A stretch of 64,000 nt of DNA from Candidatus Poribacteria bacterium (GCA_965116925.1 OZ220744.1:3680001-3744000); one strand, 5' to 3'. Positions 30,301 to 40,463 are shown, counted from the stretch's first letter. Translations and numbers: made by a program. The notes: generated from the sequence alone by a model not told the origin.

Positions 30301-30583
30301 GAACACTGTTGAAGCGATTCACAGGCTGCATGAAATTGGGGCTTTGAACCGAGATCAACGGGAACAGCTGCTCCTTGCGTATGAATTTCTGAGGAATGTG
30401 GAGAACAGCTTGCGAATCGTTCATGACCGACCGCTGGACGCTTTACCGGATAAAACTCCTGAGTTGGAGCAGCTTGCTAAACGACTCGGTTACGAAGATG
30501 GGACACAGCAATTTTTGAAGGACTACCATTGGTGCACGGAAACCACACGGACGTTGTTTAATCAATTGTTGAATACACAGTAA
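27368..30583 (+). CDS. glnE: Bifunctional glutamine synthetase adenylyltransferase/adenylyl-removing enzyme
   Basis: Two MGKFGG.ELNFS.D.D domains, D.RLRP, WERQALI, K.G.GG..DIEF; upstream ORF extension is MITE sequence. Confidence 0.95.
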   Translation: MTSNLTPKDLILSPDDLSPEVVNQILGPYGFQDVQGVNRRLNNLADVPPYREAFAAIVSHLLSASADSPDPDAALNNFERFTNVTFDRLWLYRLLHDAPFLLRILSTCFGSSIYFSDILVRNPEYFYDLMDAGSMGDPKDRETMYGELSQAVQPFDLAEQKLNAIRGYKRKESLRLGLRDLLGDADLETTTRELTNLAEAALQVCYEIGTDELTPKMGVPWGELPNGEKVPSTLTVIAMGKFGGYELNFSSDIDVMFVYSHDGITDQGVENQEYFAKLCEFIINGMSQVTKAGYVFRVDVRLRPESRVGVIARSIDSYEAYYEGWGEIWERQALIKARAVAGDLQLGEQFIRTIQPFVYRRYLDESSITEIKLEVRQTKARIENQVREQGDDLMTHVKLGIGGIRDIEFTIQCLQLIHGGPTPALRNYNSLQTIDLLYHHGVLDQMDRDILADAYRFLRTVEHRIQMLADLQRYSLPTKEPELIKLAKRIGYQDSEASSALEAFEMDYTVHTDAVRSIFSKILTSPVSDGEIGIEAVLIATEPRVIRDLLEPVGFANAREAHGRLKRMAEGPNGVRFSPHVRRLFVDLAPTLLRLLSESPDPDTALHYIETFASKVGARSAHYAMFNEQPTTLELLTKLCGTSRFLAELLTGQPESFDVLTAPAVMDHPKTASDIRMEALQEIADGTPDQMFQALRRYKNSEVLRIGMRNILGQANLWATTAELSDLAEGTLQAMYSHINAELQIEYGKPLEGGNSQRQTASTDEKTGVDLPLARFAVIGMGKFGGRELNFSADLDLMLVYSAEGETTQGMSNADYFSRLGLELVNRMKGNTGGGGIYELDLRLRPFGSGGSIALSLEGYQNYYEKDAETWERQALIRARPVAGDVELGQEFIKQAYTFAYSQPLTAEQIAHIIHNRQRKEAQTTRPTFTSATARRRRRRRKQQIDVKSGYGGLIDIEFVAQTLQLMHGTTHPQVRVQNTVEAIHRLHEIGALNRDQREQLLLAYEFLRNVENSLRIVHDRPLDALPDKTPELEQLAKRLGYEDGTQQFLKDYHWCTETTRTLFNQLLNTQ

Positions 30584-30599
30584 TCTGGCTACCGGTCTC

Positions 30600-31391
30600 T
30601 CAAAATAATCCACGTGCTGCTCCCCCATCCACTGACATAATCTGTCCAGTGATGTGCCTAGCCTGTTCGCTGCATAGAAAGGCGACAAGTGCCCCCAAAT
30701 CCTCCGCCTCACCCATCCGACCGATAACAGAGGTTTGAGCTGTCTCTGCTTCAATTTCTGCATAGTTTCTATTCTGTGCTGCCGCTGTTCGCTGTATCAG
30801 TTCTTCACCGAGCGGTGTCCGAAACGGTCCAGGACAAACGGTATTGACCAGAATCCCCGCATGCCCCAGTTCGTTGGCGAGCGACTTGCTCAACGCTGCC
30901 ACGCCTGCCCGAAAAACGCTGGAGATCAGGTAAGGTGTACCGGGTTCTCTGACAGCAATACTGGTGATGTGCACGATGCGTCCCCAATGCACCTGCCGCA
31001 TGTGCGGAATGACCAAGCGGCAGAGCCGAATCACCGGGAGCAAAACACCTTCATAGCCACCCTGCCAGTCTATATCCGCTAAGTCTGAGAAGGCACCCAT
31101 CTGCGGGTGTCCAACGTTGGTAACGAGAATATCAACGGTCCCAAATTCGTCCACACTCTTTTCTACCAGTCGTTCAATGTCTCTTTCTCTTGTGAGATCA
31201 CAAACCACGGGCAACACCCGTGAGCCGCTTTCGGCGCGTATTGTTGACGCTGCTTCATTGAGTGCCTGCTCGTTGCGGGCACAGACAACCACGTCTGCGC
31301 CCGCGTGAGCCAACGCCATTGCGCTCGCCTTCCCTAAGCCCTTGCTCGCCGCACAGACGATGGCAACCTTTTGATTCAATCCCAAGTCCAT
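30600..31391 (-). CDS. Short-chain dehydrogenase/reductase (atypical, AASKGLG)
   Basis: CAASKGLG, NTVCPG, ITGQ..VDGG. Confidence 0.88.
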   Translation of the reverse strand: MDLGLNQKVAIVCAASKGLGKASAMALAHAGADVVVCARNEQALNEAASTIRAESGSRVLPVVCDLTRERDIERLVEKSVDEFGTVDILVTNVGHPQMGAFSDLADIDWQGGYEGVLLPVIRLCRLVIPHMRQVHWGRIVHITSIAVREPGTPYLISSVFRAGVAALSKSLANELGHAGILVNTVCPGPFRTPLGEELIQRTAAAQNRNYAEIEAETAQTSVIGRMGEAEDLGALVAFLCSEQARHITGQIMSVDGGAARGLF

Positions 31392-31550
31392 GGATGTACC
31401 CTCCTTTTATGTCCTTTTACGTTTGAGTATAGCGCGAAATGCTGTATGAATCAAGTGCTAAAAACATCAAGAGACGATTGATCAATTCCCAAAAACATGG
31501 TACGATTGACGAATTAAGAGGACTTTCATATCAATCGGGGAGGTACTGAA

Positions 31551-32306
31551 ATGGCAGGACAGGTAGAAGATAAAGTTGCTCTGGTAACGGGTGGAAGTTC
31601 CGGGATCGGTCGGGCAACTGCGCTGACTTTGGCAAGCGAAGGGGCAACAGTCGTTGTCGCTGATCTCAATGTTTCGGGTGGTGAAGAGACCGTGCACCTG
31701 ATTCAGGGTGCCGGTGGAGAAGGTATCTTTGTGGAGGCGGATGTGTCAAAGGCTGAATCAGTTGAGGCAATGGTCAATAGGACGATCGAAACCTACGGCC
31801 GTTTGGACTGTGCCTTCAATAATGCCGGTGTCGGCAGAGGGGGCAGCACGGTGGACTGTACAGAGGAGGACTGGGAATTTACCATCAAAGTCAATCTCAC
31901 AGGCGTCTGGCTGTGCATGAAGTACGAAATTGCCCAGATGCTCAAACAATCTAGCGGTTCCATTGTAAATACGGCGTCTGCATACGGACTCGCCGCCGCC
32001 GGTGGAACACCGTCGTATGTTGCAAGCAAGCACGGTGTCGTCGGGTTGACCAAGGCTTCTGCAATGGAATATGCTGCTGAAGGCATCCGAATCAATGCGG
32101 TATGCCCAGGTCATATCAACACGCCAATGATAGAGAGAGGGATGAACGACCCTGAAAGCAAGGCACGGATGCTTGGGAGGCATCCAATCGGACGGATAGG
32201 GGATCCAGAAGATGTCGCCCAAGCGGTGATGTGGCTTTTATCGGATGCGGCTTCTTTTGTCACCGGGCACGCTATGTCTGTGGATGGCGGTTGGGTTGCG
32301 CGATAA
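31551..32306 (+). CDS. Short-chain dehydrogenase/reductase
   Basis: TGGSSGIG, NNAG, YVASK. Confidence 0.93.
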   Translation: MAGQVEDKVALVTGGSSGIGRATALTLASEGATVVVADLNVSGGEETVHLIQGAGGEGIFVEADVSKAESVEAMVNRTIETYGRLDCAFNNAGVGRGGSTVDCTEEDWEFTIKVNLTGVWLCMKYEIAQMLKQSSGSIVNTASAYGLAAAGGTPSYVASKHGVVGLTKASAMEYAAEGIRINAVCPGHINTPMIERGMNDPESKARMLGRHPIGRIGDPEDVAQAVMWLLSDAASFVTGHAMSVDGGWVAR

Positions 32307-32395
32307 AGATACTTGCCACATCAAATTGTGCGTTAATCTTGCGAGTGTTTGAAATCTTTTCATCTTGAAATATAAATATGTGTATGTGCGGAAAA

Positions 32396-32423
32396 GTAGG
32401 GAACGCAGATCTGCGTTCCCTAC
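32396..32423. repeat. REP-like palindrome (copy 2)
   Basis: GTAGGGAACGCAGATCTGCGTTCCCTAC, perfect palindrome. Confidence 0.85.
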
Positions 32424-32499
32424 TTTGATGGTTGTGCTAACGATGGGGAAGGTGATATAATGGGACGGTACATTAATCATAAATCCCAAGGAGTTATGT

Positions 32500-33651
32500 A
32501 TGGCAGACAAAAATCGTATTACCGTTATCGTCAATGCAGGTGAACACAATAGGGACGGTTGTCCTGTCAGTGTTGATATAGAGAGTCAAGAAATCGAAGC
32601 GATCGCGGGTGGACCGGTCACGCTTACGGATCAGGCGAGCGGCGCAGCCATCCCTGCTGATCTCAACAGCGATGGCAAGACCGCGACATTATCATGGATT
32701 CTGGATGGACTTCAAGCCCATCAGGAACGATCATATATCCTCTCATCAGGAAGCGTTGAAGGCAGTGACGGTGTTGCATTCAATGAACGTAACGATGCTA
32801 TTGATGTCACAATCGACAGCAGAGCATTCACGACCTTCCGCTACGGATCGGATGGATTTCGTCCGTACTTCTTCCCGGTCTTTGGTCCCGGAGGGAACCC
32901 GATAACCCGTGGCGAAACCAGTGAAGAATCCAGCGACCACGTCCATCACCGATCACTATACGTGGCCTACGGTGAGGTCAACGATGTAGATGTGTGGGCA
33001 GAGGGCGAAAATTCTGGCAGGGTGGTGCATCAATCCTTTACCGATAAAAGTGGGGGAGAAACGGTCGGCAAAATCTATACCGAAAACGATTGGGTGAACA
33101 GGGCAGGCGAAAAGTTGATGTCAGATCGACAACACTTCCGCATCTACAATACCCCTGAGACGGGAACCATTATCGATCTGGATTTGACCTTGATCGCATC
33201 TGCGGGAGATGTCCATTTCGGTGACACCAAAGAGGGTGGAATTATATCGGTTCGTGTCAATCCGTCGATGAACGCCTCCGATGGCGGAAAGATTGAAAAC
33301 GCTTACGGTGGGATTAACGAAGGCGAGACGTGGGGCAAGCGCGCGCAGTGGTGTGACTATTCGGGGACAGTTGAAGGAACGCCCGTGGGGATCGCTGTAT
33401 TTGACCACACTTCTAACCCGCGCTATCCGACATATTGGCATGTCCGCAACTACGGCTTAATGACAACAAACATTTTCGGGACCGGCACGTTTGAAGGCGA
33501 CCCCAGCAGAGACGGTTCTTACACGATGAAAAGTGGTGAGGAGATGAATTTCCGTTTCCGGGTACTCATCCACGCTGGCGATGCTGCGACGGGTCAGGTT
33601 GCACAGAAATATCACGATTTTATCAATCCACCAACGGTTTCGATTTCATAA
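32500..33651 (+). CDS. PmoA-family (DUF6807-like) soluble protein, not particulate methane monooxygenase
   Basis: RPYFFPV, DHVHHRSL, WCDYSG, PTYWHVRNYG. Confidence 0.7.
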   Translation: MADKNRITVIVNAGEHNRDGCPVSVDIESQEIEAIAGGPVTLTDQASGAAIPADLNSDGKTATLSWILDGLQAHQERSYILSSGSVEGSDGVAFNERNDAIDVTIDSRAFTTFRYGSDGFRPYFFPVFGPGGNPITRGETSEESSDHVHHRSLYVAYGEVNDVDVWAEGENSGRVVHQSFTDKSGGETVGKIYTENDWVNRAGEKLMSDRQHFRIYNTPETGTIIDLDLTLIASAGDVHFGDTKEGGIISVRVNPSMNASDGGKIENAYGGINEGETWGKRAQWCDYSGTVEGTPVGIAVFDHTSNPRYPTYWHVRNYGLMTTNIFGTGTFEGDPSRDGSYTMKSGEEMNFRFRVLIHAGDAATGQVAQKYHDFINPPTVSIS

Positions 33652-33728
33652 TCACATCATGCAAACGAAACCGACATTAATGAACAAATGGGTCTCACGT
33701 CCCGATAAATCGCGATCTTCGGAACGAA

Positions 33729-33761
33729 ATTTCACGCATCACGTTTCACGCATCACGTTTC
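33729..33761. repeat. Short tandem heptamer repeat (TTTCACG/CATCACG)
   Basis: Located between convergent genes. Confidence 0.6.
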
Positions 33762-34569
33762 ACTGGTCAGCCCATGAATTATGCCAGATCAGTTCGTTCT
33801 GCTGTGGATCGTCCAGTAAATCACCAATTGTCAGCGAATTAAAGTAGTCGTCCGGCAGGACATTCTGCTTACCATTAAACGTCGAACCGTCAGGCATAAA
33901 GGCGCACGTCATCGCACGGCGCGGTCGAGTCGTCATGTTTGGTCCCGCGGCATGGGCGGTGAGACCATTATGCCATACAATTGATCCGGCAGGACACGGG
34001 CACGCCTGCGGCTCAATCTCTCGCCATTCGGGATACACCTTGAACAATCCACCCAAGTTCTCTCCAATGCCGACATTGTCGAATCGTGCAACCCGATGCA
34101 CGCCGGGCAGATACCAGAGGCAGCCGTTGGAAAGCGTGATATCGTCCAGTGCCATCCACAAAGATAGAGAATCGCGGGAACTGAACGACCAATAGGGTAC
34201 ATCCAGATGCCAAGCGGTCGGATTCCCGTGGGGTGGCTTAATTAACGCCTGGTCATGCCAGATTCGGATGCCCTCTACGCCCGCCAACGTGGTAGCCATC
34301 CGCCCAATCCGTGGATCGCAAATCAGTTTGTTCATACCTTCATGCGTATCTGCAAGTCGCAGGCACTGTGTGAATACCCTCGCGTAAAAAGCGTCTGGAT
34401 CCATCTGATTTGTCATGAAATCCACAGCACCTCCCAGACGCTCCGCAACGGACTCCTCGGTACATCGGCGCCACTCTTCCAACTCGTCCGCATCAAGAAA
34501 ATCCTCAATAACCAGAAAGCCGTTGGTTTGGTAGGATTCGATCTGTCCTTCTGTGAGCTCATCACGCAT
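33760..34569 (-). CDS. PhyH family dioxygenase
   Basis: NGFLVIE, TAWHLD, NGCLWYLPG, WHNGLTAH. Confidence 0.9.
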   Translation of the reverse strand: MRDELTEGQIESYQTNGFLVIEDFLDADELEEWRRCTEESVAERLGGAVDFMTNQMDPDAFYARVFTQCLRLADTHEGMNKLICDPRIGRMATTLAGVEGIRIWHDQALIKPPHGNPTAWHLDVPYWSFSSRDSLSLWMALDDITLSNGCLWYLPGVHRVARFDNVGIGENLGGLFKVYPEWREIEPQACPCPAGSIVWHNGLTAHAAGPNMTTRPRRAMTCAFMPDGSTFNGKQNVLPDDYFNSLTIGDLLDDPQQNELIWHNSWADQ

Positions 34570-34619
34570 TGCCGCTTGTTCCTCCTCTGTCAGCGATTCT
34601 CAATCTCACCCATTCATCA

Positions 34620-35375
34620 CTATCCCGTTCCACCCTTCACACTCCAGACAGCCCCGGTAGTGTAGGTATTGCGCTCCGAGCAGAGAAACTCAATGACTTC
34701 TGCCAACTCCTCCGCGTCTGAGTACCGCCCGACTGGGGTTCCTGGATTGGCGAGAAATTCAGCGGAGAAGCGTGGGACAACCATCTCCGTAAGCGCACGC
34801 CCCGGTTCCACACCGTTCACAAATACCCCCTGTTTGGGATACGCATTGCCAAGTGCACCAATAAACGAGAATACTGCTCCCTTAGAGACACCGTACGGGA
34901 CTTGGTTCGTTGCGCCGTTACGCGCCCCGGAGGAGATTGTCACACACCGTCCCCAATTTCGCTCTAACATGTGAGGGATGGCTGCCTGATGGGCGTGGTA
35001 AACACCGTAGATATTAATCCGCATAACTTTATCGAACTGCTCGATAGATTGTTGGTGGAACGGTGCCTCTATCCCCAGAATCCCGGCGCAGCAGACGAGA
35101 ATGTCCAAACGCCCAAAGGTTTTGACCGTTTGATCGACCATTGCTTGAACGGCAGCGAAATCAGTCACGTCCGTTTTTATAAACAGGGCACGCTGTCCCA
35201 TCTGTTCGATCTCTTTGACCAAACCGGCGGCTTCCTCTTCGAGGATATCCGCTATGACAATATCCCGCCCTTCCTCTGCAATCCGAAGGGCAGACGCTCC
35301 ACCGATACCTCGAGCCCCGCCAGTAATTACTGCCACCCGTTTTTCTTTAGGTGCTGCAAAACGCAGATTCGGCAT
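34620..35375 (-). CDS. Short-chain dehydrogenase/reductase
   Basis: TGGARGIG, YGVSK. Confidence 0.9.
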   Translation of the reverse strand: MPNLRFAAPKEKRVAVITGGARGIGGASALRIAEEGRDIVIADILEEEAAGLVKEIEQMGQRALFIKTDVTDFAAVQAMVDQTVKTFGRLDILVCCAGILGIEAPFHQQSIEQFDKVMRINIYGVYHAHQAAIPHMLERNWGRCVTISSGARNGATNQVPYGVSKGAVFSFIGALGNAYPKQGVFVNGVEPGRALTEMVVPRFSAEFLANPGTPVGRYSDAEELAEVIEFLCSERNTYTTGAVWSVKGGTG

Positions 35376-35459
35376 AGACCAATCCTCCTAAATCGACACT
35401 CACCTTCCAAAGCTGCCAAATCACCGTGATAACTGAGGTGTGTTGATATTTGATAGTCT

Positions 35460-35559
35460 GTAGGTTGGGTTGAACGGTAAAAGCGAATCCCTATCAATGA
35501 CAATAGAACCGACGCTTTTCAACGATACCCGCTTATAGATAGATTGAGTGAAACCCAAC
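35460..35559 (+). repeat. Dispersed repeat family G
   Basis: Homolog of 18281..18381. Confidence 0.7.
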
Positions 35560-35637
35560 ACCATACCGTAGGTTGAAGGTAGTAGACATACTCCGTATGC
35601 CGCAACTGCCCACTCCTCCCGTTCGATTTGATACTTA

Positions 35638-35791
35638 TAGGACTTACGCAGTTGAACGCTGCGGTTTTGTAGTTTGAGGCTTCAGTGCCAATGCGGGGCA
35701 AGATGCCCCGCCTACGATGGGTATGGATTCTGCTCATGCCCCGATACGCCCGATGAATCGGGCAACTACAATATGATGTGCGTAAGTCCTG
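35638..35791. mobile_element. MITE family F (AGGACTTACGCA TIR), 5-bp TSD ACTTA
   Basis: TAGGACTTACGCA...TGCGTAAGTCCTG flanked by ACTTA; two REP hairpins inside. Confidence 0.8.
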
Positions 35792-35793
35792 AC

Positions 35794-36675
35794 TTAATAA
35801 GACAAATCAAGATAGTTCACAATCTCAGCGCAAAAATCGACAATATCCCCGAGATCGTTCTGGATCACATCGTAAACTATACGCAGATTAACTCCAGGGT
35901 AATGATGGACAATGACATTCCGCATCCTGACAGATTGGCTAATTTTTTCTGCTAGTTCCTGTGGTATAATCCCATTCTTGGCGAGCATTTCAATCGCTTC
36001 AGGACGGCTATTAGGCGATCCTAGATTAGCACCGGTGACAACGTGCATCGCAATGTCGCTGATTGCCTCCAACATCGTTTGAAGTTCGTATAATGACGCA
36101 TCTACTGCCTGAAAGTCTTCAGCGAATTCCTCAAAACCCTTCCCCTGCTGATTCTGTAAACGATTCAGCATCTCTTGGACATAATTCACTAAATGTTCGA
36201 CGCGTCCCCGGTCTATCATGTCCTTCCCCTTTTTTAACATCTGCCTCGTTTTTGCACGCTCCATCAAGTAATCGTGACCAATCTGTTGCCACGGTTCTTC
36301 ATCCATCTGTTTTTCAAAGATACCCATCTCAAACCGAATATGCTCGTGTGGATCGGCACAAAAGGCAAGTTGTCCCGTCCGCAGAATTTCATAGGCAAAA
36401 TGCGTTGGTACTCCGTCCAAATTCACAACATCAACTTCAACGTCTCCCAAGACTTGACACAGATTTTCCACTAGCCTCCCGATAATCTCTAGATGGTTCG
36501 ACGCGTCCGTTTCACCAAATAGGAGTGCCACGTCGACATCGCTTTCCGCCCAAACCTTCCCTGTTGTATGAGATCCGAAAAGGTAGGCTGCAACAACTGG
36601 TGGACTTGCATCAGCAACAACGGCTTTGATTGCTTGTTCAATAGAAGCCTGCGAAATTTGCATAGTGCCAATCAT
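35794..36675 (-). CDS. Fused MntA-type nucleotidyltransferase + HepT/DUF86 HEPN ribonuclease
   Basis: GSHTTGKVWAESDVD (GSx10DxD) N-terminal; RNVIVHHY (Rx4HxY) C-terminal. Confidence 0.85.
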   Translation of the reverse strand: MIGTMQISQASIEQAIKAVVADASPPVVAAYLFGSHTTGKVWAESDVDVALLFGETDASNHLEIIGRLVENLCQVLGDVEVDVVNLDGVPTHFAYEILRTGQLAFCADPHEHIRFEMGIFEKQMDEEPWQQIGHDYLMERAKTRQMLKKGKDMIDRGRVEHLVNYVQEMLNRLQNQQGKGFEEFAEDFQAVDASLYELQTMLEAISDIAMHVVTGANLGSPNSRPEAIEMLAKNGIIPQELAEKISQSVRMRNVIVHHYPGVNLRIVYDVIQNDLGDIVDFCAEIVNYLDLSY

Positions 36676-36808
36676 AACCTTTCAACGAATAAGATATCTA
36701 TAGAATATTCTATGCCAGAGAAAATGTCAAGTTCGCTTTCCGCTTCACTTGCCCCCAGTTTTCTCTGAGGAGCTATGTTCATTGGTATTGTGAGGGATAT
36801 ATGTGAGA

Positions 36809-36926
36809 GGCTCATGTAAAAACGGAGTGCAATTACGATGAACGCGTTGACGGCGGGGAAACCAGATGCCCCGCCTACGGTTTTTGAGGTAAGTCAATGC
36901 TTTTGCACTAATTCTTAACATGAACC
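36809..36926. mobile_element. MITE family D (degenerate, no clear TSD)
   Basis: GGCTCATGTAAAAA...TTAACATGAACC; REP inside. Confidence 0.7.
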
Positions 36927-37105
36927 AAAAAGGTTACGTTTCGCCTGCGAAAATCAAATTTTCCCAATTTTCCCGCGCAAATGGGAAAATTGTCCCTATT
37001 TCAGCATGAAACGTTTCGTCATGCCCACCAATCGTATTACGAACAGTTACAAACAATTACATTTCATCTTATCGTTGGGATTCTTATTGTTGATTGCAGA
37101 TTGGG

Positions 37106-37269
37106 CAGGAGTTACGCACTTCCGTAGGGAACGCAGATCTGCGTTCCCTACGAACTCCTTGATGGTGACCCCACTGTAGTTGCCCGCTTCATCAGGTGTT
37201 GGACATTGTGTTCTGCGGCGATAAATCGCCGAACTACAGGATTTTGAGCACTCAACTGCGTAAGTCCTA
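37106..37269. mobile_element. MITE family F carrying REPs, including 37124..37151
   Basis: CAGGAGTTACGCA...TGCGTAAGTCCTA. Confidence 0.7.
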
Positions 37270-37272
37270 GGC

Positions 37273-40233
37273 CTATTTACTACCGCGTATAGAAGGCTCT
37301 TGGCTTAACTTCATTCGGAGTAACTCAAGTGGGCCGCCAGATGTGAGAATTGGCTCTGGCAATCTTAATACATTTCTTGCAAACGCTTCGTCTAATTCCT
37401 TCCGGACAGGATCTCTATCAATTTCATGTAGGGGCAAAAGTGGCTGTGCACTCATAGCATCAAATAGCTTCACAGCCTCAGCGAGCAACTTTGGTTCAAG
37501 GTCCGTTACGTCGAGAATGGGTAAAGTGTGCAGCATTTTTTTACCTATACGCCCTCTTCCCGCCTGTTGCTTATTGCCATGCCACCAATGTAACAACAAA
37601 CCCAGCGACGTGTTTGCCCATAAAACGAGAGCCTTTTCCTGATCAACGGATGAAAGACTAATCGACAACCATGCAGTGCCACCGATGGTTTTCCGGGGTG
37701 TGAACTGCATCCCTGTTGATTGGCTGTTGAACTGGAAATCGCGGTTGAAATGGCAATGTGATGCGGTATCCCAAATACTTTTCACTTTAAGATCCACTAT
37801 AGCTTGTTCCTCTGGTGTGGATACTTGTCGTGGAACCCCCTCACTATCTCCCTCAAACGACAAGGTTCGCTCACGTTCTGCATCGTGAGACCAAAGTACG
37901 GGGTAGGTTGGCACACTATTGGAGGTAATTGGAAAAATATCGAACGGCCCTCTGATGCCTCCTGTCGCTGTATTATGGTTAATGTCCGCATGATAGGGGC
38001 CAATTTCTCCGATTTTCGCTACCGTTGTCAGAGGTATATCAACAATCTCTGACTTATCCATGGTGGGCAACCAGATGCTTTTTTTATTTATCAGTTGATA
38101 CGCCGTTTGAGCCAGGGAAAGATCCGCAATACGCGATAAATTCCAACCGCCAGAAACTGGTAAAGGAGCGTCCAACGCTTGACCAATCACCTCATCGCCC
38201 ACACGAAGAGAAGTACCGTTTACTGGACCATCTTCAAGGCGGCGGAGATTCTTACTCTCTATCAACCGACGGATCTGTTCAGCTACAATCACTCCAAGCA
38301 ACGGAAATTGTGGTCGTTTGTTCAGTATTATAAACGTTGCTCTTGTACTTCCTGTCTCAGACTTACTTCCGATAATCAGGCATTCCCCCATATGTGTATC
38401 GGCTGAAAACGATAGATCTGCACTAGCGGCCCCCGCTATAGAAATTATTACAAGATTACTGTAATGCTTAGCCAAAAGAGCCCGGGACTTCTCCCAAGCC
38501 TCACCTGAAATGAGACTGAGAGGCATGACTAAAGCCAATACGCCACCTAACTTCAGCTTACGGTCAGCAAGGACTAAAAAAATTGAAGCTTCCCCAGCAT
38601 TACCGTGAGCACTGCTTCCTTTCGTTAAATGTTTCGTAGCTTTGCTCATCAACCGTTGTTCCTCATCACTTGAACTGAAGGCAGCAAACATCGGATTGGG
38701 AACACCAATCTTTTCACCCTCATGTCCAGTGGGACGGGTAAAAGGCGGATTCATGATTGCTACGTCAAAAGACGCATGAGGAAGGGAACGCCAAGTATCC
38801 TGCTCAGCCTCTCCCATACCCTCTATAGTTTTCGCAGTAATGGAGAGGATTTCAAACCTTCCTTGAGGTTCCAGCAGGTCCAACGATCCAAGCGCGACCT
38901 CATCATTAGGTTGCTTACCATAAGCCACAGTTAGTATGGAGCTCTGTTTATACTTCACGCTTGGGTGTGCCCCCGCTAGCATTGATGCTGTTAGATGTGT
39001 TGCTGCTGGCAGAACATCACAGCCAACAAGGGCAGTTGCCATCATGTCAGGGTGAAGTGCTTTAGCATCGCCACCGGCTAATTCGTGTAATTGACTTATA
39101 CGCTGATAGGCAGTCGAAAGCAGTGTTCCTGTCCCACATGCAAAATCAGCGATGCGAAGTGTTTTCACATCAGCCGCGCTCGACCATGATTTACTTTTTA
39201 GTGGTGTATCTGGGGTAATAGCCAACCCAACCAGTAACGCCGCTGCCCCCGGCGTCGTGTAGTAAGCCGCAAGGAATTTTCGATCGGCAATGAGGCGTTG
39301 GAAAACAGCACCAGTCAAATCATGAGAACGCATCAATCGCGCCTGTAAGAGTTCGTCAGCCGTTTCAGCTAGACCCTCAATAAGCAGCTGGCTCTCTGCT
39401 GTTGGAATCACTTCAAGTATACGGCGAGCAATGTCGAAAATAGGCCAGTAATTAACTTGGAGTATCTTTCGCCACTCAGTCAGAACAGCAGACTTGGTTA
39501 GGCCCCTGTTTGAACCTCGCAGTTGTTCAAGCGAATTAACGCTTGCTAATTCATCTGGGCCACCCGCTAGATTCTCTTGAAACACAAAGGCGTTAGCTAA
39601 AATTGTTGCGGCCATACGTCGTGTCTGGTCACTGTCTGCCTGCCGCAATTCTTTACCTATCCTACGAATCGCTCCCGGATGTTCTTCAAGCATTTCCTTT
39701 AGTAAGCCAGCCGCCTCACTAACCCCGGTAACTAATTGATCTGCAGCTTTTTCGATAACTTCAGGTGGAACTGACGCATACTGCACAAGAATTGAGAGAT
39801 CAGAGACACGCCCAAGAATCCAACCAGAGCGCGGCCAACGAGAATGTGCAGACGGATCACTACCAGTATAAAGTGCCATTTCTATATCACTCGCATTTTC
39901 TAATTCGCTCTGTAAAAATGATCCCTCCTTTGTTCTCAGCCTCCGGGGCAAGCGTACGGCAATAGATGATAAAATTTTCCTTCCCGTACCGCGCATCTGT
40001 TTCCCAAGACGTAATATTGCGTCCGATTCAACAGTAGGTGCCGGCAAGACCTCAGTTTCAATCACTACAGGAGAAACATTGGATTCTGTAACTAAAATAT
40101 CAGGCCGTTCATTACTGCCTTTCAACATACCAGTGTTTTCTGAACGAATAACATCAGTTTGGTGCCAAGCGCGACGGGTTCCTCTCAATACTACGGCAAG
40201 AGTATCATTAATTGTATGTTCAGTCGTTGCCAT
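37273..40233 (-). CDS. Large N6-adenine DNA methyltransferase with putative N-terminal nuclease (type IIG-like RM)
   Basis: YYTT, DFACGTGTLL (motif I), NPPF (motif IV); N-terminal RPDIL..VIETE. Confidence 0.8.
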   Translation of the reverse strand: MATTEHTINDTLAVVLRGTRRAWHQTDVIRSENTGMLKGSNERPDILVTESNVSPVVIETEVLPAPTVESDAILRLGKQMRGTGRKILSSIAVRLPRRLRTKEGSFLQSELENASDIEMALYTGSDPSAHSRWPRSGWILGRVSDLSILVQYASVPPEVIEKAADQLVTGVSEAAGLLKEMLEEHPGAIRRIGKELRQADSDQTRRMAATILANAFVFQENLAGGPDELASVNSLEQLRGSNRGLTKSAVLTEWRKILQVNYWPIFDIARRILEVIPTAESQLLIEGLAETADELLQARLMRSHDLTGAVFQRLIADRKFLAAYYTTPGAAALLVGLAITPDTPLKSKSWSSAADVKTLRIADFACGTGTLLSTAYQRISQLHELAGGDAKALHPDMMATALVGCDVLPAATHLTASMLAGAHPSVKYKQSSILTVAYGKQPNDEVALGSLDLLEPQGRFEILSITAKTIEGMGEAEQDTWRSLPHASFDVAIMNPPFTRPTGHEGEKIGVPNPMFAAFSSSDEEQRLMSKATKHLTKGSSAHGNAGEASIFLVLADRKLKLGGVLALVMPLSLISGEAWEKSRALLAKHYSNLVIISIAGAASADLSFSADTHMGECLIIGSKSETGSTRATFIILNKRPQFPLLGVIVAEQIRRLIESKNLRRLEDGPVNGTSLRVGDEVIGQALDAPLPVSGGWNLSRIADLSLAQTAYQLINKKSIWLPTMDKSEIVDIPLTTVAKIGEIGPYHADINHNTATGGIRGPFDIFPITSNSVPTYPVLWSHDAERERTLSFEGDSEGVPRQVSTPEEQAIVDLKVKSIWDTASHCHFNRDFQFNSQSTGMQFTPRKTIGGTAWLSISLSSVDQEKALVLWANTSLGLLLHWWHGNKQQAGRGRIGKKMLHTLPILDVTDLEPKLLAEAVKLFDAMSAQPLLPLHEIDRDPVRKELDEAFARNVLRLPEPILTSGGPLELLRMKLSQEPSIRGSK

Positions 40234-40463
40234 GATTCTCCTTTTCAACTGCGCTGGCAGTCGTCCACATCAGTTTCAGTCAATGTTTCCGCGATATTCC
40301 GAATTGAGACTGTTAAGATCCGTGCTATGACTGGATCTCTATTTTCAGATTTTGCCCGATTTTAGGTAAACATATCCGATAAGGATTATTATCGGACTAT
40401 TTCTATCTACCTCACAAGAAAAGCCTAACTGGGAGGGTTTTACCTAGAAATAGAGTTAGATTC

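Noticed and set aside
32500..33651. Methane monooxygenase
   Set aside because: Soluble protein without pMMO TM helices; no pmoB/pmoC.
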